Shown here piece by piece: positions 45,713 to 64,000 of a DNA stretch of 64,000 nucleotides. Each line of letters opens with the position of its first letter. The first letter of the stretch is position 1. This DNA comes from the human T2T-CHM13v2.0 reference genome, Homo sapiens. Position numbers and translations under genes: made by a program. The notes under the pieces were generated by a model. That model had not been told where the DNA came from. It saw only the letters and a program-made list of their open reading frames with translations, and did no database searches. The stretch lies in assembly GCF_009914755.1 (NCBI RefSeq), contig NC_060928.1, one strand, 5' to 3'.

Positions 45713-46480
45713 TTGTAGAACCAAACTGGGTTCCACTCACCTGGCACAGTAAGACCAGATAGCGACACTGAGGTTTTATAGTGGTAAAAAGGAAGGTGTT
45801 TATTCACAGTGCACCAAGCCAGGAGGACTAGGCAGCTCATGCTCAAATCCTGACTGCCCTGATGACTTCCAGGTGAGGTTTTTAAAGGTAGAGGTAAATT
45901 TCAGGAAAGCAGAAGTTACAGGCAAAATTGTAAATCAATACATGAAGGTGACAACTGGTTTTGGCCTAAAAGGGCCAGACATCTTGAAGTGGAGGCTTGC
46001 AGGTCAGAGGTAGATTCAAAGATTTTCTGATTTGCAATTTTGTGAAGGAAGAGAAGCTTTGTTTTAAAATGTAGGTTCGGCAGAAAAGAACCTTAGCTCA
46101 GGCTCCTGGTCATGACTTCCTCTGGGCTCCCCAGGAAGAGCTTTAGAACAAAGAATGGTGCTCAGAGTTCAGATCTCAGATAAGGGGCAGCTGAGGACCT
46201 CAGCCATGGATCCTCAGAGTGGACCCATTGGATGGGGGTCCAGGTTTCTGAAAAACAACTCAGGGACATATGTTAAGATGTTATCTTTAGTTTCTGCAGG
46301 GAAACCAAACATCTCCTGACTCTAACTTCCTTGGCTATTGTTTTAGGCGACTATTACCTTCTTGCTTATCAAGTTGTTGATAATTTCCCTTGAAGAAAGT
46401 CAGGATTTTCCTTTATTTCCAGGCTTAGGGCAAGGGATTTGCAGGCCCTTAAAAAGGGGGGACTCTGCTTCATCTCATAA
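45713..46480 (-). mobile_element. ERV1-class (MER4-group) solo LTR, subfamily uncertain
   Basis: TG... end, TTTATT (poly-A signal on minus) and TTTTTAAAGG TATA-like box in LTR order; inserted in old L1 sequence. Confidence 0.55.
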
Positions 46481-47774
46481 TTTCCATGGTTGCTGTTGAG
46501 AACACTGATTCTATTCTGATCCTTGATACCTTACACGAAACCTCTTTTCCTTTTGTTCCTCTGTAGAATCTTAAAGAACCTTTACCTTTGCTCCTAGTAA
46601 ATGAAATTGCACCACGATGGTCTTGGTGAAAGTCATTTGTCATCCACGGTGTCAGGCATTTGGAACATCCTTTTGATCGAGAATCATTTTCTTGATTTCT
46701 TTGATGATTCTTTTCCTTTTATATGTTTTCTTCTTCCAAGAACTCCTATCACTTTTTTAGGTTGAATTGGGCCTCCAATCTTAGTCTTTCTCTCTCACTT
46801 CGATTCTCTTTGTCTTTTTTACATTATCTTTGGAGAGATGTTTCTCAACTTTATACTTGTATTGAGTTTTTCGTATTTTCAATTTTGAAGAGTCATTTTT
46901 TTGTTCTGAGAATGTTCTATCCTGTTCTTATTTTATGAATGGAATACCTTCTCTGATCTCTCTGATAATATTTTAGTTGTTTATTTGTTTAAAGTTTTTT
47001 TTCCCTGTGTAGTGCGTTCCCTGCTTGCTTTTTCCTTTTGTTTGTTTTGGATTTTATCTTTCATATTAGAGTCTGTCCTCAAATGGCTAGTGACCCTCTA
47101 GACATTTTCAAGTGATGCTGATGCTCCCTCTGTGGGATATATATATTTTTTCCTCGATGTCTTTACTGTAGGACTATCTGACTGGGTTCTTCTTTGCAGA
47201 ACCCTTGTACTGGTCTGCTATGGTTGGTAAACAACCCCCCAAATCTCTGGCCTCATCATCTACCCCAAGACCCACGACAGACTGCTGCATCTACACAGGT
47301 TTCTGTCTATGCCCAGCATGGGCCTGCCTCCAAGGCCTTTGCACTTGCTATTCTGTCTCTAGAATGCTCCTCCCTGAGATATCTCAATGGCTCATGGCCT
47401 CACTTCTTTTAAGTTCCTTCTCAAATGCCGCTTTGTCCAAGAGACTTTGTCTCCCATCATCCTTCATTCCCCCACCCTCCACTGTTACTCTAGGACATGA
47501 TTGTCCCTGAATTGCTATGTATTTTTTCATTTGTTTGCCTCTTTCTTCTCTCACTGCAATGTCAATGCCACAAAAGCAGAGGCTGTGTATTTTGTTCGTT
47601 ACTCTATTCCCAGTACCTAGAACAAGGCCTGACACAAAGCAGATGCTCGATAATAGTAGCTGATTAACTCAGTGACAAACTGGTGATGTTTCTTTAGTTC
47701 AAAGATTATATTCATGAGCAGGTAGTGATTAAAGGGGAAGTTGAGAAGTGTCTGGGATAACAGAGTTTTAAATA

Positions 47775-48422
47775 TAGTCTACTCTCCTTATTCATGGTAC
47801 TTATGTTCTGTAAACTCACTGAGAACACAGCATTAGCGAACACTGAACCATTGTTCCTGGGGGGAAAACAGGGTTAGGTTCCTACAAGCCTCTGGTCACA
47901 ACATTTCCATTAACCAGTCAATACATAGCATAGTTTTATGTATGTTTCTGTTTAAAGATATCTTATTTAATAGATATTTTTAATTTATTAACATTGGACT
48001 CACAGACATCAGCTCTGTAACTCACACCTGAATGAAGCTTCTGTAACACACCCATTTCTCCAGAGGGCATGTCATAGTTTTCTTGTGTTTCGGGAGACTA
48101 GACAGCACTTCTGCACTGTGTTTGGTGGTTATTTTAAACAGTAAAGTCACCGAGAAAAAGCACAGAAATGCAAAAACTGTGCTACTAGAGTATGAAAAGA
48201 ATGTTTGTTTACAGCATGAGAGCAGAGACAAGAAGGCAGAGTGCTACTTTGTTCCATCTCAACTGAGCACGTGCATGCTGGGCAACTCAGATTGTTCATG
48301 CTCTGCATGTATTTGTGAATAACTGTAAAAGCGCCATGAGCATTGGTTTGGGGGTTCTAAATAAATATTAGCAAGTACAGGAATTGGCAAATACAGAATC
48401 CATAAATAATGAGCATTCATTG
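47775..48422. mobile_element. MER82 (TcMar-Tigger) DNA transposon
   Basis: ATTAGCGAACACTGAACCATTG...CAGGGTTAGGTTCCT...GCCTCTGGTCACAACATT matches MER82 as recalled; TA flanks. Confidence 0.75.
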
Positions 48423-48900
48423 TAGTTCAGAATAGAAACTACTCTATAACTTAAGGTCACCTAGCATATTGTCTTAAAAACCATTCAATAGAATGATCAA
48501 GATCAACAGGAAAATTATATGCATGTGCCATTTCTCATGCTTAGTTGTTAAATCCAAAGAGCTCCCAGTCCAATGGGGTCCCCAACCTAGAAGAAAAATG
48601 GAACGAGCTTTGCTCTGCCTCTTGCCTCAAGTCCTGAGGGTGCACTGAAATGGGGCATCCTGGAGGCCTTAGGGGAACCGCTCAGGAAGGTGACCTGTGC
48701 AGTCTTGAAGGACATGTAGCGGACCCCACGTGGGGTGGGAGGCGTCACACACAGAAGACCAAGCTTGAGAAGCACAGAGGCGAGCAGAAGTGGCTGCTGG
48801 ACTGGGGGAGTTGACTGGCAAAAGTCACGGTGGGGACCAGGCCGACTGACCTCAATGTTGTGTTTCTATCCACCCCCAACTCCTGACCTTCGGGTTTTAG

Positions 48901-49155
<255 letters not shown>

Positions 49156-50419
49156 TAATTTACATACAGTCAAATGCGCAGACTTTAGGTTTTACAGTTT
49201 GATGAGTTTTGACAATTGCATGCCCCTTAGAACAAATACCCCCCTGAGAATGTTTTCATCACCCAGCAAGTCCTCTAGTGCCCCTTTCTGGTCACTTCCC
49301 GCCCCCACACACTTCCAGAGGTGCCCATGCGTGGGATTTCCATTGATTGGTTCTGCAGTTCTGGAACCTTATGCAAATGGAATTGTGCTGTTCTGTGCCT
49401 GTGTTCCCTCCACAGAATGCCTTAAGATGTTTCCCTTTCGTTGTGTGTATCAATAATTCACCCATTTTTATTGCTCAGTGGCAGTCAACTGTGTGGATGT
49501 GCCACACTTTGTTGATTGCTCACTGTTTGTGTGTATTTCATTGGCAGACCGGGCTGTTTTCAGAATTTGACTGTAATGAATAAGCCTACTATGAATGTTG
49601 GTGCATAAGTCTGTTTATTTTCATTTCATTTTACTTCCTTTAATTAAATCTCTGGGGGTGGGGGTGCTGGGCCTCTGGAAGAGATGTTAAAAAAATTCTC
49701 TTTGTTCCTGCCTTCCTGGAACCCTTACTCTATCCACAGAACATCGCTTTCTGGGTGAGCCCCGTGGGTGGAGAGGATGTGACATTTCTAGTCACCTCCT
49801 TGTCCCCTAGGAAGTACTGCAGGCTTCATCTTCTGGAATAAGGGGAAGAGATGGAGCTAGCATTATTTTTTAGCATCACTCATGCCAGGCAGTTTTACAC
49901 CTCTCACCTGTGAGTGATGCCAACACTCACGTGAATGATCTCGTGCCCTTCTCTCAGCAGCCACGTGAGGCTGATCTGATTTATATTCCCATTTTCCAGA
50001 TGAGGAAGCCGAGGCTCAGAGGTAGGCTGCTTTCCTGAGTCCCGCAGCTGGGGGAGTAGCCAAGCTGATATTTGTCCTTGGGTTTGCCAGGCCCCTGCTC
50101 CAGAGTGCTGCGTCCCCACACCCAACTTCTAGCCTCTGCTCCTTTCCAACCTGTTCCATCCTGTTCCGCAGCCTTAGCTTACCACAGAAGAAAGTGGGCT
50201 CGGGATATAAAAACGGATTTCCCCAAAGGTCCGAAGTCAGTAGGGCTCAGCTTCTAGTTACTCTGAACAATCAGCTTTTGCGTTAGCCCTGCATCTCCCT
50301 CCCTGGCTGGTGGGATCCCTGTAGAGGGGGGCATTGCCCTGCCCTTGGCCAACGTGGACGGGGGGAGAGATGGGGAAGCCTCTGCTGCTATCCCGGGACA
50401 TGGCTTGCAGGAGATGAGT

Positions 50420-52050
<1,631 letters not shown>

Positions 52051-52844
52051 TGACTGGCTTGTCAGAATGCTTTTGCTTTCTGCAGACTGAGCTTGTCAAA
52101 ATATGTGGTCAGGGCTGCTTTGGCCCAGTGGATCGAGCTATAACTTTCTTGTCCTCTAGTGCACAGAAAACCAGGGCCTTGTGGTTCCTGCCACGCCTTG
52201 GATGACCTCTGTTTAATGAACAACTCATCTCAGCCGAAAACAAACAAAATTCCAGAAGGCTCTGAGGCATGCTATTCCACAGCCTCCGTCTCTCCATCCC
52301 ACTCCTTTGCTTTGGAGGGAGGGAGAGTGGGTGCCTTTAAGGATGCATTTATGCATTCTCTGAAAAGAACCCCTTTATATTGGTGATGGAAATGGTTTTT
52401 CATTTCCTGCAATTATACTTTAACCAATTTTCTGAATAATTGCATTGCTCCAGCTGAGGAAGTTTTACCTTGTACATTTCGCTGCAACCAATTTTCTAAA
52501 TAATTGTATTGCTTCAGCTGGGGAGACTCTCAGAATTTGGAGGACACCTGACCTTAATGAGGAGAGCTTTAAAAAACTAAAGGCAGTGGCTCCTGTTCAG
52601 GTAGCAGAGCCCGCTCCTTCCCTGATTTCAGGTGTCACATGCTCCTGCATCCTTCATCCCCTGGCAGAGACCATGACCGTCCTTGGGCTGGCCCTGCAGG
52701 GGTTGCAGTCTGCAGGTAGACAGATCAGGTGGAGCCTTCCTGCCAGCTGGGATGTGTTTCTGATGCCCATTTCCCGGCTCCTCCATCCCCAGGTGCTGCG
52801 CCTACAGGTCTTGGGTGGACCCAGCACCAACATCCTTTCCTTCT

Positions 52845-53139
52845 TTTTTTTTTTTTTTTGAGATGAAGTCTCACTCTGTTGTCCAGTCTGGAGTGCAGTG
52901 GTGCGATCTCGGCTCCCTGCAACCTCTGCCTCCTGGATTCAGGTGATTCTCCTGCCTCAGCCTCCTGAGTAGCTGGGATTACAGGCATGCGCCACCACAC
53001 CCAGCTAATTTGTGTATTTTTTAGTAGAGGCGGGTTTCCACCATGTTGGTCAGGCTGGTCTCAAACTCCTGACCTCGTGATCTGCCCGCCTTGGCCTCCC
53101 AAAGTGCTGGGATTACAGGTGTGAGCCACCGCGCCTGGT
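52845..53139 (-). mobile_element. AluS, antisense
   Basis: Full dimer with poly-T. Confidence 0.9.
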
Positions 53140-54351
53140 CCTTTCCTTTTCATAATTAGGTTTTTGTTTTGTATTCCCCCCTTGAAGGTCAACTCCTGGG
53201 AAGCAGGGATTTTGCTTTTCTCTCATGGTCATCCTTTTCTTTGTCGTTTCTTTTCTCCCCTGTTTGTAGGAAGTTTACAAATGCACAGGGCCCTTTTGCT
53301 TTTGTATCTTTCCCTTGAGCAAATATGTCTCCCCTGGACAGTCAGCCAGGGCTGGTGTCCTGGGTGTGACCTGTGAGGTCACAGGGACCACGCTCAGATA
53401 GGCCCACTCTTGGCTGGTGGACTCTGCTGTCACTATCTTGAAATTCTTGATCATTATTAAATAAGAATCCCCATTTTCATTTTGCAATGGACTCTGCAAG
53501 TGAGTCCTGAGTTCAGCCTTTTCCATCTTCCTGCCATTCCTTGTTCACTGACAAAACTCCAAGCAGAAAGTGGGCCAGAATGCAGGGGATTGAGAGCAGG
53601 CCAGGCTCTGTACCCTCAGGTCAGAGGGAGGCCAGGAAGGATTTTAAGAGGCACATCGATGGAAATTCATGTTTAAAAGATAATTCGATTCCCACAGGGA
53701 GAATGAATTGGAAGGTGTTAACCTCTGATCCTCAGTTCGCAGCACCATAAGGTGGGCATGATAATAATAGTCCCCACCTCCCCAAGCTGACAGATGTGTG
53801 ATAATTAAATGGGCAAACATGCATAAGGTGGCTGGAGACGGCAGACCCTCAATACATGGATGAGGAGCTGGTTAGGAAGTGATTGCAGCCCTTCAGGGTA
53901 AATACGCTGGAGGCATAGGCCAGGGCCATGGATTCGAGAGAGATGTAGGAGGTTAAGTTAATGGGATTGGTGGTCGGTTGGATGTGGGGACTTGGGATGT
54001 GGGAGTGCGCGATGCCTCAGTATCTGATATAGGTTTCTGAACACGGTGAAGCCAAGCTCAGGGACCTTCTCCACGAACCCCCACTTCCCTTTAAACTTCA
54101 TGGCACTTACTCTTGCTGTTATTCACATCATGTTGACAGAGCCAGCATGGCATCAGCTAAAGAGGGCGGACCTGGGGCCAGCAAAGCTGAGTTCAGATCC
54201 CGGTTCTAGTGATGATTAGCTGTGTGGCCTTGGGCACGTGACTTCACCTCTCTGTGACTCATTTTCTCTGTCTGGAAGTGGAGACAGTGACCTCTGTGGC
54301 AGGGTCCTTGGAAGCTTGGGTAGGTAGCGTACGTTGGTGGTTTTCCCTGTT

Positions 54352-55547
54352 ATTTTTTTTTTTTTTACTTCTTGAAACCTTTTCTTCAACTTTTATTTTA
54401 AGTTCTGGGGTACACATGCAGGATGTGCATCTTTGTAACATAGGTAAACGTGTGCCATGGTGGTTTGCTGCTTAACCTAGGTGTTAAGCCCAGCATGCAC
54501 TAGCTATTCTCCCTGATCCTCTCCCTCCCCTCGCCCCCGACAGGCCCCAGTGTGTGTTGTTCCCCCAACCCAATGTGTCTATGTGTTCTCATTGTCTAGC
54601 TTCTACTTATAAGTGAGAACATGCGGTGTTTGGTTTTCTGTTCCTGTGTTAGTTTGCTGAGGATAATGGCTTCCAGCTCCATCTATGCCCCTGTAAAGGA
54701 CACGATCTTGTTCCTTTTTATGGCTGCATAGCATTCCGTAGTGTATATGTACCACATTTTCTTTATCCACTCTATCAGTGATGGGCTTTTGGGTTGATTC
54801 CATGTCTTTGCTATTGTGAATAGTGCAATGAACATACACATGCATGTATCTTTATAATAGAATGATTTCTATTCCTTTGGGTAGATACCCAGTAAAAGGA
54901 TTGCTGGGACAAATGGCATTTCTGCTTCTAGCTCTTTGAGGAATCGCCACACTGTCTTCCACAATGGTTGAACTAATTTACATTCCCACCAACAGTGTAA
55001 AAGTTTTCCTTTTTCTCCACAGCCTCACCAGCATCTGTTGTTTCTTGACTTTTTAATAATCACCATTCTGACTGGCATGAGATGGTATCTCATTGTGGTT
55101 TTGATTTGCATCTCTCTAATGATCAGTGATGTTGAGCTTTTTTTCATATGTTTGGTGGCCACGTGAATGTTTTCTTTTGAGAAATGTCTGTTCATGTCCT
55201 TTGCCCACTTTTTAATGGGGTTGTTTTATTCTTGTAAATTTGTTTAAGTTCCTTGTAGATTCTGGATGTTAGACCCTTGTCAGATGGGTAGATTGTAAAA
55301 ATGTTCTCCCCTTCTGTAGATTGTCTTACACTCTGATGATAGTTTCTTTTGCTGTGCAGAAGCTCTTTAATTAGATCGCATTTGTCAGTTTTTGCTTTTG
55401 TTGCGGTTGTTTTTGGCATTTTTGTCGTGAAATCTTTGCCTGTGCCTGTGTCCTGAATGGTATTGCCTAGATTTTCTTCTAGGGTTTTTATAGTTTTGGG
55501 TTTTACATTTAAGTCTTTAATCCATCTTGAGTTAATTTTATATAAGG
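54352..55547 (-). mobile_element. Older primate L1 (L1PA7/8-like) 3' fragment
   Basis: Poly-T, then L1 3'UTR, then frameshifted ORF2 remnants (ORF 55192..55419). Confidence 0.85.
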
Positions 55548-56221
55548 AATAATGAGGGGTCTTCCCCCATTCTTGTCACCCAAGTCTTTTTGTGAGTTGT
55601 AAGGTACAGAGAAACGACAAGAACAGGAGCCCCTGGTGTGGAGTGTCCCTCCCGTGTTGCTCACAGGGCATCACGGTGCAGCTCTTCCTGGAGAGGTATC
55701 TAGGCCACAGTGCTGGCTCAGTGGAGGCTGTGTCAGCACCTCAAATTAGGAGCAAGTGATCAATCCTGTGTTTCCCACAATAGGGTGTCTTATTCCAAGG
55801 TGAACTTTGTGATTGGAAATCGGTCATTGGTGATGGAGCTCACTCTTCAAGACGTGGTTGAGAAGCAACTGGATTGACACAGATGCAGTTTTCTTCCATC
55901 AGTGTGTTCAGAATTGCCCAGTAGAGATTTCTCATGGTCTGCAGCGCCAGGCTTTGGGCTTGCCTGTCTGCTTATCTTCATTCACTATCCGGTTGTTTCC
56001 AAAGCATTGATTCAGCACTGACTTTACAAAGTGCAGGGCTGGGGTGAGGATGACCCAAGAGGAGAGAGATGCAGAGGATGTGGGGATATAGGGCAGGCCA
56101 TGGATAAGTCCATCCAGCTTCTTATTAATGAGTCAGGGGAGGTGATTCCTGAGCAGGATTTGACAGTGGTGTGTTGTGCCACTATGCAAAGCAGCCCACT
56201 GATGAGTTTCTTCTCTTTTCT

Positions 56222-58228
<2,007 letters not shown>

Positions 58229-58574
58229 AGTTTCTTCTCTTTTCTAGTGACTCAGCAGGGTGCTTCATGAATGTGGTCTTCGAGGGCAGATACTCTGCTG
58301 GTTTACTATCTGGGAAGACTGAGGTTCAGAGGAGTTAGAAGACTTGCCCAACCACTTCCTTTTGTTTAAGGGTCTAATCCCAACTCTTGTGTGTGAATAT
58401 GACTGCATGTGCTTATACCCCTGGCAATGCTAAAATTATTCTGTGTGTTTGCTTTTTCTAATTCCTTAGGAGACTCTCTTGTTAATTAGTCTTAAGTTAT
58501 TCAAATCCTTATTTCTTCCAAAGCTGAAGATTGTAATTAAATGAACATTGTGCCATTCTCTTATGATAGCATTT

Positions 58575-58800
58575 GTCTGTTCATCCATCTGTCCATATCC
58601 CCATCTATTTTTTCATCCACCCATCTATCTCTCCACCTTTTCATTCACCCATCTGTCTGTCCATCCTTCCATCCAACCACCCATCTATTCATCTGTCTAC
58701 CTATCCATCCATCCACCTGTCTATCCATCTGCCCACCCACCCATTCATTCACCCATCCATCCATCTATCCATCCATCTGTTTGTCCACCCATCCATCCAT
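58575..58800. repeat. Degenerate (CCAT)n simple repeat
   Basis: CCAT/CCAC/TCAT/CTGT tetramers about 160 nt upstream of EVC exon 3. Confidence 0.88.
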
Positions 58801-58825
58801 TTTCCTTCTGGCAAGGAAGAGCTAA

Positions 58826-59149
<324 letters not shown>

Positions 59150-61054
59150 TGAGGGTTTTATGGCAAGTCATTTTAGTAGGGATAGTTTTGAGGCTCAGGA
59201 ACAGGACATGCCCATGGTAACCACGGTACGGAAGTTCCATGGTTCCTTGTATCCCCAGGGACACGAGGTAACAGCACAGTAGGACAGCTCCCTCTCTGCC
59301 TTTTTAACACTAATACAAACACTGATACCGACTCAGTTCTGAGCGCTAATCCTCATTCACAGAGCCCTGGACTAATAATGCCAGCAGCTGGCACTTACTG
59401 AACACTTATGTGGACAGGGCCAGTGTTGTGTTAAGTATTTGTCATGCCTCAGGCGTTTCAACTTGGTGTTATGCCTATCAGGTAAATAATGTCTCCACTT
59501 TACACGTAAGGAAACTGAGGCCCAGAGAGGCGAGTGACCTGAGGTCACGTGACAGGAAGTGGCAGAGCCAGAGTCAGACCCCAACACCTGGCTATGGTTA
59601 CACCTTCCATGGCGCTTCCAGGAGCCCTCAGCCTGGGAGGTGCTTTGTGCAAAAAAGTTTCCTAGTGAAATAAGTTTGGGAAAATGTGGCTTGCTTTCTT
59701 GGTATTCAGGATGACGAGCTCTGGAGTCACAGCATCTCAGTCCTAACCCCATCTCAGCCATTCACTGTGTGGCGTTTCCTGACTTCTCCTGCCTCAGTCT
59801 GTTTATCTGTCAAATGGGGATGATGGTGCTCCTGCCTCGCCCAGTTGTTTTGGGTGTTACACAAGATAACATACATGAGGGCTCAGAACAGTGCACAACA
59901 TCTGAGCACTCACAACATGTTAGGATCTTGTCAATTATTATTTGCTTTTGAAGACACCCAAAGCCTATTGGAGGTTCTGAGAATTCCTGCACCAAAGGAA
60001 TATTTCACCTTGTTTAACACAAGCTTTACCGAACTAATTTTTCCATGGAAACTTTGTGGTGAGCAGTAACTGGCTCAAGGAGCTGTTCCCTGGAACCCAC
60101 ATTGGGAACCACATCCTTCACGTGGTTGAAGGGTGGGACGGGTGGGTGGATGAAGGGCATTTCTCCATCCTCTGGGTAGGCCCTGCGTGGGCCCTGGGGA
60201 TCACGCCATAGTCAGCAGAGCGTCAGCCCCACCCTGGAGGCCCTCACTGCCTGAGTGGATTGAAATACACCGAGAATGCAGGACAGTGCATGATGAAATA
60301 GGCAAGAGGCAGATCCCCAGGGACCTGTGGAGCCAGTATGGGGTCCAGGATCCACGCCTGGAGGAAGGGACGCTTCTGCCCAGCAAACAACAAATGGGGG
60401 GTGTTTCAGGTAGGGGGACCAAAGTCTGGAAAGGCCAGAATTATGAAGTCACCAGGAGCGTCTAAGCCAGAGCCACTTCACTGTGGCTCGGGCAGCCAGA
60501 GGTGGAGGCTGACATTTGCTGGGCCCTCTAGCCATGCCAGGCCCCAGGCTGTGACCTCCTGTGGGCGTGGTGTGCATGGTGTTCCAGCTTCTTGATTAGG
60601 AGCGTGGAGCCTGTCGGTGGGCAGAGGGCAGGAGGGTGACTCCTGCTCTGTGCAGGCGAAGGACAGGTGGTTGGCAGGATTCGTGGAGGGAGCAGGCCAG
60701 GGGGTCAGCAGCAAGGAGAGAACTGGGTCAGGGCAAGCGGTGGCTATGGAGGAGGTAGGTCAGAGTTGGCAGCTGGGAGGAGGGTGCGCTGGGTGTCCGG
60801 GGCACAGATCCAGGTTGGCAGTTTAGGGGAAGGAACCTGGTGCAGAGGGGCTGGCCTTGTGAGGACAAGTGAACTGTGATTCGGGCCTCTGGGCTGTCGA
60901 TGTGGCAGAACCTGGGACGGAAACTCTGTGGTGTCTGCTGGCACCCTGGCCAGTCTCCTCCAGGCAGACCTTCCTGTGAGCGGCTAGCTTGAATCACTGG
61001 TAGAATTATGAATACTAGATCAAATCCCAGAGGCATCACATGGACTGAGTGTGA

Positions 61055-61306
<252 letters not shown>

Positions 61307-62359
61307 TAAGGAGAGCGGGCAATGGAGGATGAGGCTTCCAGTCCTCTTGGAGTGGGCCGGGAGTCACATCATTGTCAGAGGAGGAAACAGAGGCCCAGAG
61401 AGGTTCAGTGACTCTGCCAGGGACACACAGCGACCCAGCGTCACCATCGGAGCCCCAGAGGCCTTTGTCACTTCCTGTGCTGTATTGCCCAACACTGGGG
61501 TTATGGAGTCAGGCCTGAGCCCCGGGGAGAGATGACAGGGAGGCCTCATTTAATCACTGGCGTGCTCCCAGCTACTGGCGAAGTTGATTAAGTGGGTACT
61601 TCTGAGTACCGGGCAGAGTGCTAAGCACTTTACAGGGATTGATGATCTCATGAGGATTTTGCCCAGTGAGGGGGATCCTGGGACAAGTTCAGCAATCAGT
61701 AAATATTAATCAGTGAGTGAATGAATTCCGTTTAACACCCCTATGAAGTTGGTACTGTCATTTCCTCCAGTTCACAAAGAATAAAGGGAAACACAGAGAG
61801 GCTGCGTGACTTGCTGGTCACACAGCCGTGAGTGATGGAGCCGGATTTGACCCAACCCAGAGCAGGGCTCCGCACGTGGTGAGGGCTTAAGAAATTCAGT
61901 CTGGCCTCAGGCCTCTCTCTGCTCCAAAATTCCGCTGAGTCCAAGAGGTGGGATGATCCAGGGCACAGCCTCTGCTCAGAGTTGCTGCAGAAACACTGGG
62001 CTCAGCACCTTGAGCCTGAAAGTGGCCCAGGCAGAAGGGACTTCGTTGAAGAGGGGCCTTCTTGGACTGGCCAGCCCTGGCTTAGAACGGCTTGCTTTCA
62101 GCATTTGGGACTTAGAGGATTTGAAACGGTTTGGGTGGGAGAGTCATCATTTAAAATGCATTTGCCTATGAGGGAAAAAAGGTCAAAGACTTTTACACTC
62201 TGCCATGTATCTGCCCCCGTTGACCCTATGATGGTCACTTGATTTGTCTGATTCTCTCTTCCCTGAGTCAGTTTCTGCATCTGTAAAATGGGCATGAGAA
62301 TGTCTCTGCTAAGGCACCGAGGAAAGGTGACACGTGATGATAGACATGAAAATGCTTGA

Positions 62360-62660
<301 letters not shown>

Positions 62661-62981
62661 TTTTTTTTTAGAAAATACTCAAAGGAGGAAACGTCATTTT
62701 TATTTCTCTCCCTTCCCTCTCTCCATTGGTTTTCTCTTGGAAGTCCCAGGCACCTATGTCTCTGACACCAACTGTTCTCTTATGGCCATTAGTGGGTTTC
62801 AAACAGCTCATTTGATCCCTTCTTATAAACCTGGAGTGAGCGTAAGGACCTCAGCATGCTGCAGAATGAGAGTTTGAGGCAGGGTGTGCTGTGGCTTGTA
62901 CTGATGAGGGACGTGCCAATATTCTTACTCTTCATTTCCGATACCCTGAAAGTCTTTTCCGCTTCTCATTTTATTTTGCAG

Positions 62982-63066
62982 TGTAGACGTTGACCTGTGT
63001 ATCTACAGCCTTCACTTAAAAGACCTGCTGCATTTGGACACGGCACTGAGGCAGGAAAAGCATATG
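62982..63066 (+). CDS. EVC: EVC exon 5 ([28 protein letters not shown])
   Basis: Acceptor TTATTTTGCAG|TGT, donor ATG|GTAGGT; 85 nt; cumulative CDS 702 nt; gene continues beyond the right edge. Confidence 0.95.
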
Positions 63067-64000
63067 GTAGGTGGAGATGTTCGCATTCCCTCCTTTTCAT
63101 GGGGACAGGAGCTGGGAGACAAGGACTCTGTGTGCAGTGAGTCCCAGAGACCCTTGAGAGGCAGACATCAGTGGAAACAGAGCCGCTGTGAGGTGGGGGA
63201 AAGCGGTGCTGTCAGGCATCCAGCCACAAAATGGAAAAGCACTTCACGCCTGTTGGTGGGGCATGGCCTTGACTTCAACCAGAGCTGTAGGGGCCTCAGC
63301 AGAAAGATGAGTGCCTCCTCCCGGGCTACACCTCCTGCTGGAGATAGAGATAAAAGATATTTAAAAGAGAACAATATGTTTAAAGGAATGATAATAATGA
63401 TAAGAATATTTATGAGCATGAATTTTCTTGAGTCTTGCTATGTACCAGGTCCCAGGAGTATTACACTTAAACCTCAGCACAACCCAGAGGGGCGGGTGTC
63501 ATTATCATGTCCACTCTGCAGGTGAGAAAACTGAGGCACAGGGCAGAGGATTTACCCAAAGTTATAAAGCTGCAGGAGTGGCACTGAGATGAGAAGTTCA
63601 GTACCTTTTCATGGGGCCGCGTGTTCTCTTGACTGAATGAACAAGAACTCAGAACTGTGGATGTGGGGAAAACAACATTAGTCTCTGCCAGATGCACCTG
63701 GCCTCTGATTGAATCAGCCATGGACCTGAGCTATGGGAAGCCAGAGAGAGGAGTCCCACTTTAGCCGCAGAACCCCGGTGGGTTTATTCAGGCATCAAGA
63801 TCACGGGGGTTAAAAAAAAGTGTTATTTCTCCATAAGGCACATTCTCTGAATTACTGAATGAGGAATGAGACCCTACAGAGAGAAGGCAGATGAGAGAAA
63901 GAGGAGAGCTAGAAACAGGTGGACAGACACACAGATATGTCTACAGGGCACTCTTACAAACTGGAGAAGAGCAAGAACATCACGTTGGAGGCCAGGCATG

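Noticed and set aside
62982-62986. Alternative acceptor TGTAG 5 nt into EVC exon 5
   Set aside because: Would frameshift; the upstream TTTTGCAG is the better site and gives the expected protein

Overview
Human genomic DNA from the Ellis-van Creveld locus (chr4p16). Two genes sit head-to-head. EVC2/LIMBIN is on the minus strand (coding exons 1-7, ATG at 38168, continuing off the left edge). EVC is on the plus strand (coding exons 1-5, ATG at 41035, continuing off the right edge). The start codons are about 2.87 kb apart and each has its own CpG island. All 12 exons have canonical GT-AG boundaries and join in frame to the proteins as I recall them. The introns are mostly interspersed repeats: Alus (one pristine AluYb8), L1PA2 and older L1, L2, MIR, MLT1, MER21, Tigger3, MER82, MER6B. 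Most notable extras: (1) a ~2.37 kb AGAT/ACAT tetranucleotide array in EVC2 intron 1, stop-free in all three frames on the EVC2 strand and probably an expanded allele; (2) a ~180-bp long-range inverted repeat in EVC intron 2; (3) an out-of-frame upstream ATG giving an 81-codon ORF overlapping the EVC start; (4) an identical GCATGCTCAGTGC...GAAAGTTTT module in both promoters; (5) EVC codon 74 reads Pro rather than Gln. No prokaryote-type systems are present. The very long ORFs in the track are repeat artefacts. Repeat subfamily names and reference comparisons come from memory, not from a search.
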